DNA from: Macrostomum lignano
Lineage: Eukaryota
Length of the DNA stretch: 64,000 nt
Direction of reading: 5' to 3'
Assembly: GCA_002269645.1 (NCBI GenBank)
Contig: NIVC01002115.1
Coordinates: 140,160-204,159, forward strand
Part shown: in pieces, positions 1 through 13,125 of the stretch
How the letters are laid out: each line of letters opens with the position of its first letter
Numbering within the stretch: the first letter of the stretch is position 1
The notes under the pieces: generated by a model
What the model was told of the DNA's origin: nothing
The model's input: the letters and a program-made list of their open reading frames with translations, nothing else
Databases searched by the model: none
Program-made: the position numbers and the translations under genes

Positions 1-705
1 TCGGTAAGACATGTACACTCTCTGTGCCTTGGGGGGGGGGGGGTGGCCCTCATGGCTTTGAATTCCACGACAAATCCCCGAATAATATAAAATTACGCTC
101 GTAAATGCTGACAAATTTCTGACAAAGTTATCCGGCCAGTTGTGTAACATACATGCATACATTTTTTTATTTTGGCCGAAAGTACGAGACAAGCTCAGCA
201 AGTCGTGCGGCACCCGCTGCCCGCTCAGTTACTACTGTTTATTTCTTATCCTTGTTCTGAGGTTCTAAAATCACTACACGGATTATATTAGTCAATCAAA
301 AAAGACAGATCAGATTTGAAAAAAATTACAACTATCAAGGAAAAAGGTTCATTGAAATAGGTCGCAGATAGCGCTACCAGACGCGTGTAAAAAACTGTGG
401 AGGAACTGACATCCGAATGCAGAGATGTATTTACAGATTAACCACCAGTAAAAAAAATCATAATAGTTTATATAATTAAACAATAAAATTATAAACTCGA
501 TTACTAATCAATCAAAATTCAACAAGAAAAAGTTGATTGATTAGTAATTATAGTAAAGTTATACGGCCAAAAATATTAGAAATAATGCTACTGCAGTACT
601 GCCTAATAAAATAGACCCTAATAAAGTAGACTTGTCATTCATACGCGGCAGTAGGTACAAAATGAACGGACAATAAACCATACTGCAAACTACTGATATA
701 ATTCT

Positions 706-850
706 CAAGGACCTACTCAAGTAGTAGGACGGGAGACAACGTTTTTGGAAAGTTTTAGAAGGCAGATTTTAATGCTTCGCCATACCTATCGCTCGATTGA
801 TATTCGTAGAGCTTTTTGTATAGAAAATTAGGATGCTATTGTATACGTCA
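706..850 (+). repeat. Diverged copy of the left end of the Chapaev-like element (CAAGGAC terminus)
   Basis: Begins CAAGGACCTACTCAAGTAGTAGGACGG like 6378 and 26215. Shares the TTGATATT..AGAGCTTTT..AGAAAATTAGGAT block, of which an inverted copy lies at ~1070-1125. Confidence 0.55.
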
Positions 851-2049
851 ATTCTATTCACTACGTACAATCGCACATTGTGAATTTCTATGCCTAAAAA
901 ATCGTAAAAAAGGCACAACACAAGTCGACTCATAGGTTTTATGAACCGATGTTATGTGACACAGTCAATAAGCTTATAATGATAAAATAGTTCATGAAAA
1001 CCCGTGTCGAGCTCCGCTATTTTAAAGGTTTCTAGGTACAGGACATGAACGTCTGATGCAATAAAAATTTGTAGAATCCTAATTTTCTTAAACAAAAAGC
1101 TCTATGAATATCAATAGAGCTATAAGAAAGTTTTTTTGTTATTTTCTAGCTTAAGAATGTGACTTTTTGACGATGTGAAATTTCGAGCTTGTGAAGTTTT
1201 TTCATTGTTTATATGACGCGACCAGTTTTTTGCCTTAATCTAACAAGAAACAGTTAATTTGCACGAGTTATTTTGATAGAAAAAGAAACAAAGGTGCACA
1301 ACGATTGTACTATAATTGCATCAGTAAATTTCATAACTTGATTTCGCATTAAGCACAGTTATTAATTCAGGGCCTAAATCTTGGCCAGAATAAAATTTGT
1401 AAAAGCGTACACCAAGTACTTCGAATGCGTACTTTGACACTTGATGATAAAAAGTGTTTAAAAAAACTTGGCAGCTACAAATTAAATGTCTACTCCAAAT
1501 AAACAACGCAGCGTCTTGTACTCTAAAAAAGTAATATTATCGGATAATAACGCAAAACGCAAACGAATATCAGAGCTTTTAGCAAACGAATTAATACATT
1601 TTTGTAAGTATCTGTGACAATGCAAATAATGCAACAGTTTTCAAAAAGAACAACATACATAATTAAAACTACTTATTTTAGACATAGGAAAATTTTTTAA
1701 AAAGCAGACATGATTAAAATTAAATCAATACAATTATTGCTAAAAATTTGCTGGCTTACCAAAGAGTTCAACACCTGCTTGACGAATTTGAGAAAAGCTT
1801 ACAAATTTGTTAGTTATTTAGAGATTGCATAATAAGTACACAACATAAAGTTTCTCGCAAGCGAAGCAAAAATTTTATGCATTGATTTTAAGTAACATGG
1901 AATGCATTCGATCCTGCTCACTGATTCAACTCCTACCAGGTAGATATTTAGCTTGTCTGTCGCAATGGATCTGCAAATCAAGTCAGGATTGGTATTTGCA
2001 TCTAATTGTATATACAGCTAATAAACAGCAACTAAAGTGACTCATCAAC

Positions 2050-2505
2050 AGCATCCGGGTCAATCAAAAATGCAACATCCGGGTCAATCAACAATCCTGT
2101 AACATCCTGTAACATCATGCAACATCCGGGTCAATCAACAATGCAACATCCGGTCAATCAACAATGCAACATCCGGGTCAATCAACAATGCAACATCCGG
2201 GTCAATCAACAATGCAACATCCGGGTCAATCAACAATGCAACATCCGGGTCAATCAACAATGCAACATCCGGTCAATCAACAATGCAACATCCGGGTCCA
2301 ATCAACAATGCAACATCCGGGTCAATCAACGATGGCAACACCGGGTCTTCAACAATCCAACATCCGGTAACATCAATGCAACATCCGGGTCAATCAACAA
2401 TGCAACACCGGTCAATCAATCAACACATGCAACATCCGGGTCAATCAAAATGCTCAAACATCCGGGCCAATAAAATCTCTAATCAACAATCCAACACCCG
2501 GTCAC
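2050..2505. repeat. 24-bp minisatellite (ATGCAACATCCGGGTCAATCAACA)n running into the gap
   Basis: Unit recurs at 2164, 2188, etc.; degenerate at both edges. Confidence 0.95.
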
Positions 2506-2913
2506 NNNNNNNNNNNNNNNNNNNNNNNNNNNNNNNNNNNNNNNNNNNNNNNNNNNNNNNNNNNNNNNNNNNNNNNNNNNNNNNNNNNNNNNNNNNNNNN
2601 NNNNNNNNNNNNNNNNNNNNNNNNNNNNNNNNNNNNNNNNNNNNNNNNNNNNNNNNNNNNNNNNNNNNNNNNNNNNNNNNNNNNNNNNNNNNNNNNNNNN
2701 NNNNNNNNNNNNNNNNNNNNNNNNNNNNNNNNNNNNNNNNNNNNNNNNNNNNNNNNNNNNNNNNNNNNNNNNNNNNNNNNNNNNNNNNNNNNNNNNNNNN
2801 NNNNNNNNNNNNNNNNNNNNNNNNNNNNNNNNNNNNNNNNNNNNNNNNNNNNNNNNNNNNNNNNNNNNNNNNNNNNNNNNNNNNNNNNNNNNNNNNNNNN
2901 NNNNNNNNNNNNN
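2506..2913. other. Assembly gap (408 N)
   Basis: Run of N. Confidence 1.
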
Positions 2914-4416
2914 TTGGACACATCTACGCTTCAGGAATACTCCTTTCAGTAGGCTATTCCAAACATTTCTCCAAATCCCAAGTCCCAATTTTATTTCCCA
3001 ACCCATAACACAATTTGGTGACAAACAATAGGATTAAACTATAAATAAACACCCCTACAACAGTTTTGATAGCTAAGTGGTAGGATCAAGCCATAGTAAA
3101 TAGAAAAACCCCTACAACATATATTATAATTTGCTTTTAGTTTTAGATAAGACTTTCTTTTTAGTATTATAAATAATGAAGAATTATTAACTTATGATTT
3201 ATAGACTAGGCCTAGTAAGTAAATAATATAAGCCACATGTCAATAGCTATTTACATTTGCTTATAAAACATTTCTATGCCTAGAACTCTAGAACTCTAAT
3301 TAAACTAAGACTCTAGACTCTGGAATGTTACATGTATATTAGAAAATTTGGGTATGCAAATGACTTGTTTAAAGTTGGCATACAAATTTTGGTGTACAAT
3401 TTATACATTTTTTGGTACACAAATTCATATCCATTTTTGGCCTATAACTTTTGGTGAATAAATTCATGTTGAGCATGAAAATTTCAATGTAAATTAATGT
3501 TTTATGTAAAATAAAGGAATATTTGTATACTTAAGACAGTTAGGCCTAATAATAAACTTTCTGCTTCTTTAAAATTAAAAATTATTTAGATTAGGCCTAG
3601 TAAAATTATTATAAAAATGTAAATGTTGCATCAATGTTTTTATAGAATATAGGTATAATTAAGTTTGTCTAAAATGAAAATATTTATAATAATAATATTT
3701 TAAAGAATACTTTTCATACAAAAACCTTTCTTAGGAAACTCAACTTGTGAAAACCAAATGACCTTCTTAGGAGGCTTTTTTAGTTTACATTTTAAGGATT
3801 TTTTTGTTTTTGGCATACACTGGCATACATTTAGCTAAGATAAGATTCTTGTTCTGGCATACACACACAATACACTATAATTACACAATCCAGACCCTAG
3901 CTAAGACTTAGAATAATTTGGTCTTTTAATTTTGCCTTTAGAAATATTAAGATTTAGTATATTTAGATAAATAAAGAAGCAAAGGATCACGACCAGGGAG
4001 TGAACGAAAATTTAAAAGTCAGTAGTAGACCCCCATCTACCACTGTTATATTGTTTTTGGTTTGCATCAAAGCATCGAGTTAAATATTTGTTAGGACCTT
4101 ACTGAAAACTTTAGGAATTTGACTTTTTAGAAATAAAAATATTGCCACAAGTCAGCTTCAGGCCTGTGGGATCAGAACTTCAGAAGAGGTGAGACTTATA
4201 ATTCAATAGGTTGTTTCCAAGGCGTCTCTCCCTAACACGCACTGGGTGATTAACACGCACCGCACCGGCACATTAAAACAAATTGGACTATAACTGAAGA
4301 CATTTCAAAATGCGTTTTCTGTTAAGCTTCAAGTTTTTATTGCAGAATCTCTTTCGTTTAAGGTGTCGTAACTGGGTTGAGCTGTATTGGTGACAATGCA
4401 GTCAACTCGTGGTATA

Positions 4417-5624
4417 TCGGGTCTATGAAATTTGCTTGCGAGAAGTTTGCTTGCGAAGTTTGCTTGCGGGACTTTTGCTTGCGGAAATTTGCTTGCCGAA
4501 GTCTGCTTGCCGAAGTTTGCTTGCGGGACTTTTGCTTGCGGAAATTTGCTTGCCGAAGTCTGCTTGCCGAACTTTGCTTGCGGAATTTTGCCTGCCGAAG
4601 TTTGCTTGCCGAGCTTTGCTTGCCGAACTTTGCTTGCCGAATTTTGCTTGCAGGAAATTTGCTTGCTGCACATAAGCTTGCCGAAGTTTGCTTGCAGGAA
4701 ATTTGCTTGCCGAACTTTGCTTGCAGGAAATTTTCTTGCGAGGTTTGCCAGCCAATTTTTTGCGGAACCTTAAAGAAACCTATTTTTGAGCTCTTGTATT
4801 TCTAATTTTCATTTTCTAAGATTCGTGGAAGTCGCCTATAGTGTTATGATTTTGTATGAGGATATGGCGGATTATTAACTAAATTTTATATACTAAAATA
4901 TTATTAGTATATGCATATTACATTAGCATCACTGCAATTATCATACCTGCTCAATCGTGCTGAAATCAGGAACTACAAATATTTATACTGTTACCGATCC
5001 CTATCTACCTATACTAAATCTCTAAGCATTCTATATACTACATTCTTAGAATGAAACTCTATAAGCCTAGTTTGAAAGCTTAGTGTCAAGTCAGTTTACG
5101 TCGACCCTGATAAGAATCCACTTGCAAAGCATGCATCTGTAGTAAGTAATAATTGACTGACCAACTTTACAAGCAATCAAAACAAGCAAGCAAACAAGAA
5201 AATAATTCTGCAAGTTAAAACCTTGCGATTGTGTGATTGCAAATTTCTAGAAAGCAGACATCAAAATTTCGCAAGCAAAGTTCGGCAAGCAAAATTCCTG
5301 CAAGCAAAGCTCGGCAAGCAAACTTCGGCAGGCAAAGTTCCTGCAAGCAAATTTCCTGCAAGCAATTAAAGTTCGGCAAGCAAAGTTCGGCAAGCAAACT
5401 TCAGCAAGCAAAATTCCGCAAGCAAAGTTCGGCAAGCAAAGTTCGGCAGGCAAAATTCCGCAAGCAAACTTCGGCAAGCAAAGTTCGGCAAGCAAAGTTC
5501 GGCAAGCAAAGTTCGGCAAGCAAAATTCCGCAAGCAAAGCTCGGCAAGCAAAGTTCGGCAAGCAAAATTCCTGCAAGCAAAGTTCGGCAAGCAAACTTCC
5601 CGCAAGCAAACGTCGTACTCCCGG
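4417..5624. mobile_element. Foldback-type non-autonomous element with internally repetitive inverted arms
   Basis: Array of TTTGCTTGCC/GGAA units at ~4430-4750 and the reverse-complement array (GCAAGCAAA) at ~5265-5610, with an AT-rich core. Imperfect ends (TCGGG... / ...CCCGG), both flanked by TATA (4413-4416, 5625-5628). Confidence 0.75.
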
Positions 5625-6377
5625 TATATCCTCTGCAGCCTTGCTCTAGAACACCAGAGAGAGACGCTTAGACCAGCGACGAATGGAGGCGTGCAGATCG
5701 ACAGACATATATCCAGACAGATATTGCAGACAGACGACATTCGTAGCCACAACAGGGATGACAAGGCGGACAATCGCTCTGCGTCTACTAGAGCAGGACT
5801 GATGATGAGACGCGCAAGAGGATAAAGACGAGAAGATATAAATTAGGAGGGGAATTGAAGACTTGCGAAAGGTAATTAATTAAGCGGCTGCATGTGGCGT
5901 GTTTAAGAGTGTTTTTCAATTCGGAGCAACATTTGATTAGCAATTTACATGTTAATTGTACTCGTGTGGGTTCAGTCGGTAACGGAATATAACTGCGTGG
6001 CGGCCAGACCGGTGTGTACGGCTGAGAGCGGGGCCCGCCTGTGCACTAGCTAGTGTTCGATTACCGGGAGTTGGCCACGATCGCCAGGCAGCAGAGAGAG
6101 AGACAGCGGGCGACGCCATGCGCGTCTTAAATAATAAAGGAAAAGGAGGGAGAAGGGCCGACAGGGATGACGGGCAGCCAGCGGGCAGCCAGCGCGGGGC
6201 AGCCAAGACAATCCACCCCACGACCAGCCAATCACGAGCCTCTGCTGGGGGAGGGGCTCAGGGCAGGAAGACAAATTATTGGACGAAGACAGCTAGAGCG
6301 TAGGCCAGCAGGATGAGGCGTAAGCACTAAAATTCGGCCTGATCCACCGGCCCAATCACAATCAGTGGGTGGGGGGG

Positions 6378-9222
6378 CAAGGACTACTCAAGTAGGACGG
6401 AAACCTCGATCGTTTCTTAGAAAATTTTAATTAGGATGCAGTTTTTTTCCGAAAAAATGCAATACGGAGATAGGAACTTTTCATTTTTTCAGCACAAAAA
6501 TTGTTATTGCTTTCAATAGGAGGCAGACCCAATGTTCATCTTTTGATATGTTGTGCATTTCTATATTAGCTCTGTTGATATTTACGAGTATAAAGCTTTT
6601 CGTTCAGAAAAGTAGGATTCTATGCTAAATTTTTTCTAGCACGACGTACGGTTTTTCTGCAAATTGACCACCAGACCGACAACTCGACATCGTCTGCAAA
6701 GTATGATAATGATGATTACGTTGGGTACGTCGTTCTACACACAGGTAACGGAATTTCCATGATTTCAGCAATTTGTCTGCTCTGGCAGTCTGACATAGCC
6801 AGCTGCCTTTCGTTCTGTGGGCCTGCTGGCGCCCCCTTGAAAATTCAAGAGCGAGTTACCAACGCGGTACTCTATCGCCACGCTGATTGACGGGTTCGTC
6901 TGAGAAAACTATATCCGACGTCGCCGAAAAACCTTTATACGCGACAGTCCAGCAGTTGTGCTTGCAAAATATGTGAGACTGCCCGGTTCAACCCGATTGG
7001 GAAAGGACTGGGAACATGGAAACCAGAGCCACATTCGCTTGGACGACCCGCGTGTTCGGATCCAGATCATGGTCTGCCACCGGCACAACCTGTTGTCATC
7101 TGCCAGCGCTGCCACTCAATGGTTGGCAGAGGTTTGCCTCACTACTGCACGCAAACACAGCGACGAGAAAATCTATTCAGTAAGTTGTCGCTAGACCGTC
7201 GAGGTGCCGAAATCCACGCAAGTGACGTGATCAAAGCTAAGGCTGCTTCCACCGGCTCAAACTCTAGATTTCAATTGGCAACTAGAGGTCGTGATCTTAC
7301 AGTGTGTGTTGGGCAACGGGCTGGTAGTTCTACATCAATGAGAGGTGGCTGCGCCGTACCAGCAGAGGAATTCAGCCGATTCCAGCAGACGCTGTGTTTG
7401 AGCGGTCGGCAAACTAAGTTGGCCGCCCAATTTTTTCGAGCATGGAAAGGACGCAAGAGCATTGAGCCAAATTTGCGCAGCAAACTGAGCGCCATCGACT
7501 CTGCTCTAGACGATTTGTTTGAGTTGACTAACCTAGAGATGGACTGTGCCAAAGGAAAAAGGGAAATGCGCAGCATTGTATTCTGCACTGATCCTCTGGC
7601 TCTGATTGACAGAGTGATGGCACGTCGTCAGGTCAGTGCAGATGACGGCGCATTGATTAAAGTTGGCATCGACAGTGGAGGCGGCTTCTTGAAGTTTTGT
7701 GTTAGCATTGTGCCTGCTCAAGGTTTAAAAGATCAACCTACCGGAAGTCGCAGCACGTACGCAGAAGGCGCATGCCGTTTCCATTTTGAGGATGGAGGAG
7801 TCCGTAAACTGCTCCTGCTTGCCATTGCCGAATCTGTTTCCGAGTCCTACGATAATCTGCAGCAGATCCTGAATCTTCTTAATTTGCAAGGATTTTCATT
7901 CTGTGCAGCAGTTGATATGAAAATTTCGAATGCGATCCTGGGACTTCAGTGCTGCAGCAGCACCCATCCCTGCCCTTGGTGCGAGACTGCCAGGATCGAT
8001 TTTTCTAATCCAGACCGCACGAACGTGTTGAGATCGATCGGCGGTATTCGGCTACAGGCATTTGAGTACCAGCGCACTGTAGAAGAAAAAGCGCCGCGCA
8101 ACGTGTCTGCTGCTGCTTTCAAAACTGTGTGCGTCCTCCTCTGCTCGAAGTTCCAGACAGCACGATGGTGCTCCAGGCCATTCCACCAATGGGGCTGCAT
8201 CTCTTGCTTGGCGTGACCAATCGACTATTCGAAGAACTGGACACTCAACTGCGAGGACTCGAAGACTGTCAGATAAGCACCGATGACTGGCTACAGCAGC
8301 TTGGCCTTCGACGACCATTGCAGAACGGTGGGAACTTTGCCGGAAACGCCTGCGAGTGTCTTCTAAATGGCGTCGACATTTTGATTGCAATGCTGGCTCA
8401 GCACAATGTGTTTTCGGCAATGCCTGTAGCTCACGCCCTACGCTGCTTCCGCGATGTGAAGGCCTCGTGCTTTGGTATGAGTGTGTGTGGAGACTTTGAG
8501 AATCGAGTCCGGGCATTCGAACAAGCCTATATCGATCTTGGAATCCGCGTCACCCCGAAAGTCCACGCTGTTATTGACCACGTTGTCCAGTTTTTGAACA
8601 TGTCCAATCTAGCTGGAGAACCCAAGAAGGGACTTGGCTTCTGGTCTGAGCAGGTGGTTGAGACTGCACACCACGATTTCAGCAGCATGTGGCAAGACTT
8701 TCGGATCGATTTTCATCATCCATCGTATCCAGATCGACTGCACAAGTGTGTTGTTGCATACTGCTCTCGTCATGCCTAAACAAAATGTGAACTAGCTAAA
8801 TCAATCAAGACTGCGAATTAGGATTATACATTTCTCTTTATTGGGATGAACAAATAGTTCTTAGTCAGACCCTGTAGACTGGAAAGCGAAATTAAACAGA
8901 ACATAAACAGGAAGTAAATAATTGGAATCTTTCAAAAAGCGTGTTATCTTACCCATTCAACCCACCGAAATACAATGTCCGCATTTCAAAATTCCATTCC
9001 AGCTTTGCAATGCATGCATAGAGATTGTTAGTTCACTAGAAAATGAAATCTAAAACAGACTAGATGATCGCTAGCTATTGTCTTATCCCGATAGGACCCT
9101 AAAGTTATTTTTTCTTTTATTTATTTTTGAATTAATGATAGGAATACATTAGGTAGCTGGTGGAAACCTTAATTTAATTCTTTCTACGAGCGTATGGTAA
9201 ACTTATATCGCAGAAGTCCTTG
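6378..9222 (+). mobile_element. Chapaev-like (CMC/Transib-related) DNA transposon
   Basis: Left end CAAGGACTACTC at 6378 is confirmed as a boundary by two other copies with unrelated flanks. Candidate right end AGAAGTCCTTG ends at 9222 (10/11 match). No TSD found, so the right end is tentative. Confidence 0.6.
6891..8779 (+). CDS. RAG1/Transib-fold DDE transposase (Chapaev-type), one frameshift at the AAAA run 8121-8124
   Basis: Frame open from 6891: CACKIC and CQRC..GRG.PHYC Cys/His motifs, then KVGIDSGGGFLK (D), AVDMK..LGL..STHPCPWC (D plus CxxC), LHLLLG, GNFAGN, TPKVHAVIDHV (HxxxxH) and GFWSEQVVE (E). The order parallels the RAG1 core. Adding one A gives FKNCVRPPL and a ~630-codon frame. 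Sequence upstream of the TGA at 6888 is degenerate. Confidence 0.85.
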
Positions 9223-10344
9223 TTCTTACCCATCATCATGGAAAGGGAATAGCTTCCTTTGAAAACTCAGCAGAATTTAATAGAAGGATATGCCTATGGT
9301 TCCAAGGGCCAAAATGGCATGAATACGAGAGCTGTGCAGCAAATTTACAGGCTCACAGCCAATGAGATGGTAGCTACGTATGAGGAGGGAATAATAGCTA
9401 CAACTCAAAAGCAAGCGATAGAAAAATATCTGGGATAATATGCCCTCCATGCCTTGCATCACTCACGCACAATTTTGCGCAATGCTTCTTTGTCCACTTT
9501 TATGTAGCATTCTCTGTACTGTACGAGTGTTTATGCTGTTTTTTGTTACATTTAGTCACAATTATTCATTGATGTTTCAATTTATACTTTATACTTTGGA
9601 CTTTGTAAGGTGATGGCATACCTATGAATTATAATGAAAAGTTTCTGACTTGTTTTAAGATCATTTTTTCAAATTTCACAAACTCATGTAGACACTCATT
9701 TTTTGCATCACGCATATTGAAAACCAATAGTAATTAGGTCATATGGTAATAAAGTGCTGTAAATCAGAGATAGCTCGGGAGATTTTTTTGAAATTGCACA
9801 TATGTTGTGCTAAGGTCCAGATGAGTGTGTAAATTATTGTCATTTCAGGCTGACTTTATTTTCACCTTTAAAGGGCTTTAAGACATGTGTGGAATAAGCT
9901 GTTCAGTCGCGACTAGTGAAGACCTCTATCCAGCCTGGGAATGCGTCTAAAACTATTTAAGTACTTAAAGTTTACTAAAACTACTTAAAGTTTCCTTTTA
10001 AGTTTTTCCGAGCCGAGTCAGCCAATCTCGATAATTATCACACGACAAGAAGTCATCTTTTTTCTGGACATCCCACAGCTGAGATCAATAAAAAACGATC
10101 CTCGAACTGAGAACTCCACAGTCCCAGTGACGCGTCACGGGTCTTCTAGAAGATGTTTGCACCATTTGCCTTCGCTAAGCATTCCCTTTAGGATGTGATA
10201 TTTTTAAGTTACTTTTATTTATCAACTTCTCGTTGCGTTCTTTCGAATGTAGTTATTGTTCTCGTGGCTTTTAATGAAATCTTTCGTTGCCGTTGAATTC
10301 CGCTTTAGTCATAGTTTCCACCCCAACCTTATCAAAGTTCCGTT

Positions 10345-10660
10345 CTAATCATTAGGTTCCGCTCCAATCATAGGTTCCTCTCTAATCATAGGTTCCGCTC
10401 TAATCATAGGTTCCACTCTAATCATAGGTTCCAATCTAATCATAGGTTCCAATCTAATCATAGGTTCCGCTCTAATCATAGGTTCCGCTCCAATCATAGG
10501 TTCCGCTCCAATCATAGGTTCCGCTCTAATCATAGGTTCGGCTCCAATCATAGGTTCCAATCTAATCATAGGTTCCACTCTAATCATAGGTTCCAATCTA
10601 ATCATAGGTTCCAATCTAATCATAGGTTCCGCTCCAATCATAGGTTCCGCTCTAATCATT
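10345..10660. repeat. 18-bp minisatellite (AGGTTCCGCTCTAATCAT)n, left arm
   Basis: About 17 units with variants CGCTCT/CAATCT/CACTCT/CGCTCC. Confidence 0.95.
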
Positions 10661-11307
10661 GTGCTAAACTATACGCTCCGCTCTAATGTTTCGGTCATTT
10701 AAGTGCTCAAATACTCGTATACCGTAATAAAACATTCAAGGTACCATAAAACTTACTATGCGTCACCAGCATAGAATTCAGGGTGGTAAATAAACTGCAC
10801 CTTTATAAAAATTAATGGTGCGTCAGTATCCAAAAGTCGCAACATAAGCGCATCGGCCTTGCTATTGCACAGAAACCCGTTAACAGCGGAAGAACCCGTA
10901 AAGTTAACCAAAGCAGCAGAGCACAAAAGCATGGCAGCGTCAGTAATACGATTTCTTACTCAATGAAATCAATCGCTAACAAGATAAACAATGAGGCTTT
11001 TTGAGAAACATACACAATCACCAAAATGTGTATAAAACCGTGTAAACACGGGAGCCGTAACGTGAAGTCATAAGTTAAAGAACACTTTACTAGTCAACAG
11101 AAATGAATACTTTTAAATACGTTGGAGATCCTTTGGGTGAGTATTTTTCAAAGCTTATTGAATTACATGCAGTTAGTTTAAAACAGTTTCCTTTTTATTA
11201 TTGTAGGGCACAGGACCCATCTGCAGCAAAACTTCAACCGAACCCTTTCTGAAGAATATTTAACAAAAAGATACAATTTACTTGTTCAGTCATACTGGAA
11301 TGCCTTT

Positions 11308-12341
11308 ATGAAATTTGGAGTAGGAATTTCCAAGGCCATCGGCTTCCCAACAGGCCTGCTGCTGCAGATCCTCACCGTCATTTTCCTGGTTCGCGGAAAC
11401 ACCGGCTTCTCTCTGTCAGCCAGGAAGTGGTTTCTCCTAGTCGTCAGTGCGGACATTGCGGGCACCTTGTACCGCGCATACGAAATGATCACTGATGATT
11501 TTTTTAATTCCAATCCCTACGCTAGTTATGGACCCGGAAACGATCTGCAGTTTCTGATGTGGGGCCTGCGTCTAAAGACCACAGATTCCTCCAGAATGTA
11601 ATGTGCAGAGTATTCTTCATCATCCTCTACTTCCCGCTGTACCTGTCTCCGTTCGCTCTGACCATCAGCTCGCTACTGCGCTGCTACTGCATCAAGTATC
11701 CGCTGGTTGCCAAGGCCCACCTGACCAAGAGACTCGACCTGATCTTGATTCTTGCGGCTTCGCTGCTTGCTCTGGTTGTGGCGGTCGTGTTCGGCGCTCT
11801 GATTATAGACGGCTGGAGTTTGACGTTGTTTTCCACGACAATATACGGCATCCATGTTTACTATGGGAAATGCAGCGTTCCGGCCTTTCAGGTTATTAAC
11901 ACTGATAAGGAACTGCAGTTCATTGGCTTTGTTTTCATGCTAGTAGTGGCATTCTTCATATGCTTTCTGAACATGCTGTCTGCCACTATCATAATCATAG
12001 TGCTGTTTCAGTCGAAAAGGAATAGAGCTGTGCTGTCAATGAGTGGCAATGAAGGAGCTGACGCAGTGAACATGGAGGCTCGAGCCACCGCCAGGCTGCT
12101 GGGGATGAACGTCACGCTGTTGTTGTGTTTCTTCTTCTCCCGACTGCTGCTGGTGGTCAGCACGAGGATTGACAATTATGTGGATCCGATTTCTTGTGTG
12201 TTTGTAGACTTCTGCTGTTTTGTTTTATCTAGCACTACTCTATTTAATTCGTTTGAAATAAACCTTTTTCAGATGTGGTCTCTGATCGACTGGCGGCTAT
12301 GCTGTTCCACATTCCGTACTTTACTAACTCGCTGTTCATAG
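11308..12341 (+). CDS. Rhodopsin-like 7TM GPCR (divergent), 1-nt frameshift near 11575; copy 1
   Basis: Joining ORFs 11308-11601 and 11559-12341 (AAA to AAAA gives LKDHRFLQNVMCRV) yields ~344 aa with seven hydrophobic segments, a TM2 SAD motif, Cys at the start of TM3 and a DRY-position LLRCYCIKYPL. Possible acceptor TTGTTCAG at ~11289. Confidence 0.75.
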
Positions 12342-13125
12342 CCGGTCTGTCCAGAAGCTTTTACCAGTTTCTGTTTCCCTGCATCGGAGACTCGAAGCCG
12401 AAGCTGTCTTCCTCCGATAGTCAGAGGACTTTTTGATTGAATCAACATATTTCGAATGTAAGAACTCAGTGACAGTGGAGCAACTCTTAGTTGTGAAGTA
12501 AAGCAGAATAGATTGACCTTTTTGGGCATACAGAATATCTGCCTAAATAAAATATTACCGACTGACATTCTCGCTATTAATTAAGCAGGCAATAAACTTT
12601 TAATGTAGGTAAATTATTTTTTTAGCAAACATGGATGAAAAATGTGAGCATAAACATAGATATACATGTACACAACAACTTCATGGTTCAAAGTTCAATT
12701 AACAGGAAATCATACTCAATAATGCAGGCACCTATAGACGGTGCAAGTCTGTTCTCATTGTCTCTGTGTTAATTTTAGACCCTAATTTAGAGTTGGCTCT
12801 TACGAAAAATTATCGTAGAAAATGCAATGACTTGAAACGAAGTCTTTGATTATGCACTGGAAACTGGCTTTCAAGAGGCAGACAGACAGAGATGTATCCA
12901 TATTATAGGGCTCCGGTTTTACTATATATTTGTGGGCTCCTCCCACATTTGCCAGGCAAATTGTGGCACGAAACACGAAAGATAAGTACCGATGGTGCAT
13001 TACATAGCATGGGGTCCGACTATTCAGAGGGGGTGACTACGGTGAGTCAGGAAAAGACAGTGTCGTAGTCAGTGGGAGCAGTTGACCCTGACCAGACTGT
13101 GGAGGGATCAGCCCAGACCATCACA

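Noticed and set aside
2117-3024. ORFs MQHPGQST.. and X-filled ORFs
   Set aside because: Translations of a 24-bp tandem repeat and of the N gap.
4329-5773. Many Cys/Lys-rich ORFs on both strands
   Set aside because: Artefacts of the foldback arrays. Rejoining the flanks at the TATA site gave only a short unrecognised frame.
5790-6370. GC-rich stretch as a hammerhead ribozyme or ncRNA
   Set aside because: CTGATGA is present but no matching GAAA/stem arrangement. CCAAT boxes alone are insufficient to call a promoter.
6378-9222. ProtoRAG/RAG1L-RAG2L transposon
   Set aside because: Ends lack a CACAGTG/CACTATG heptamer, and only ~440 bp follow the transposase stop, leaving no room for a RAG2-like gene.
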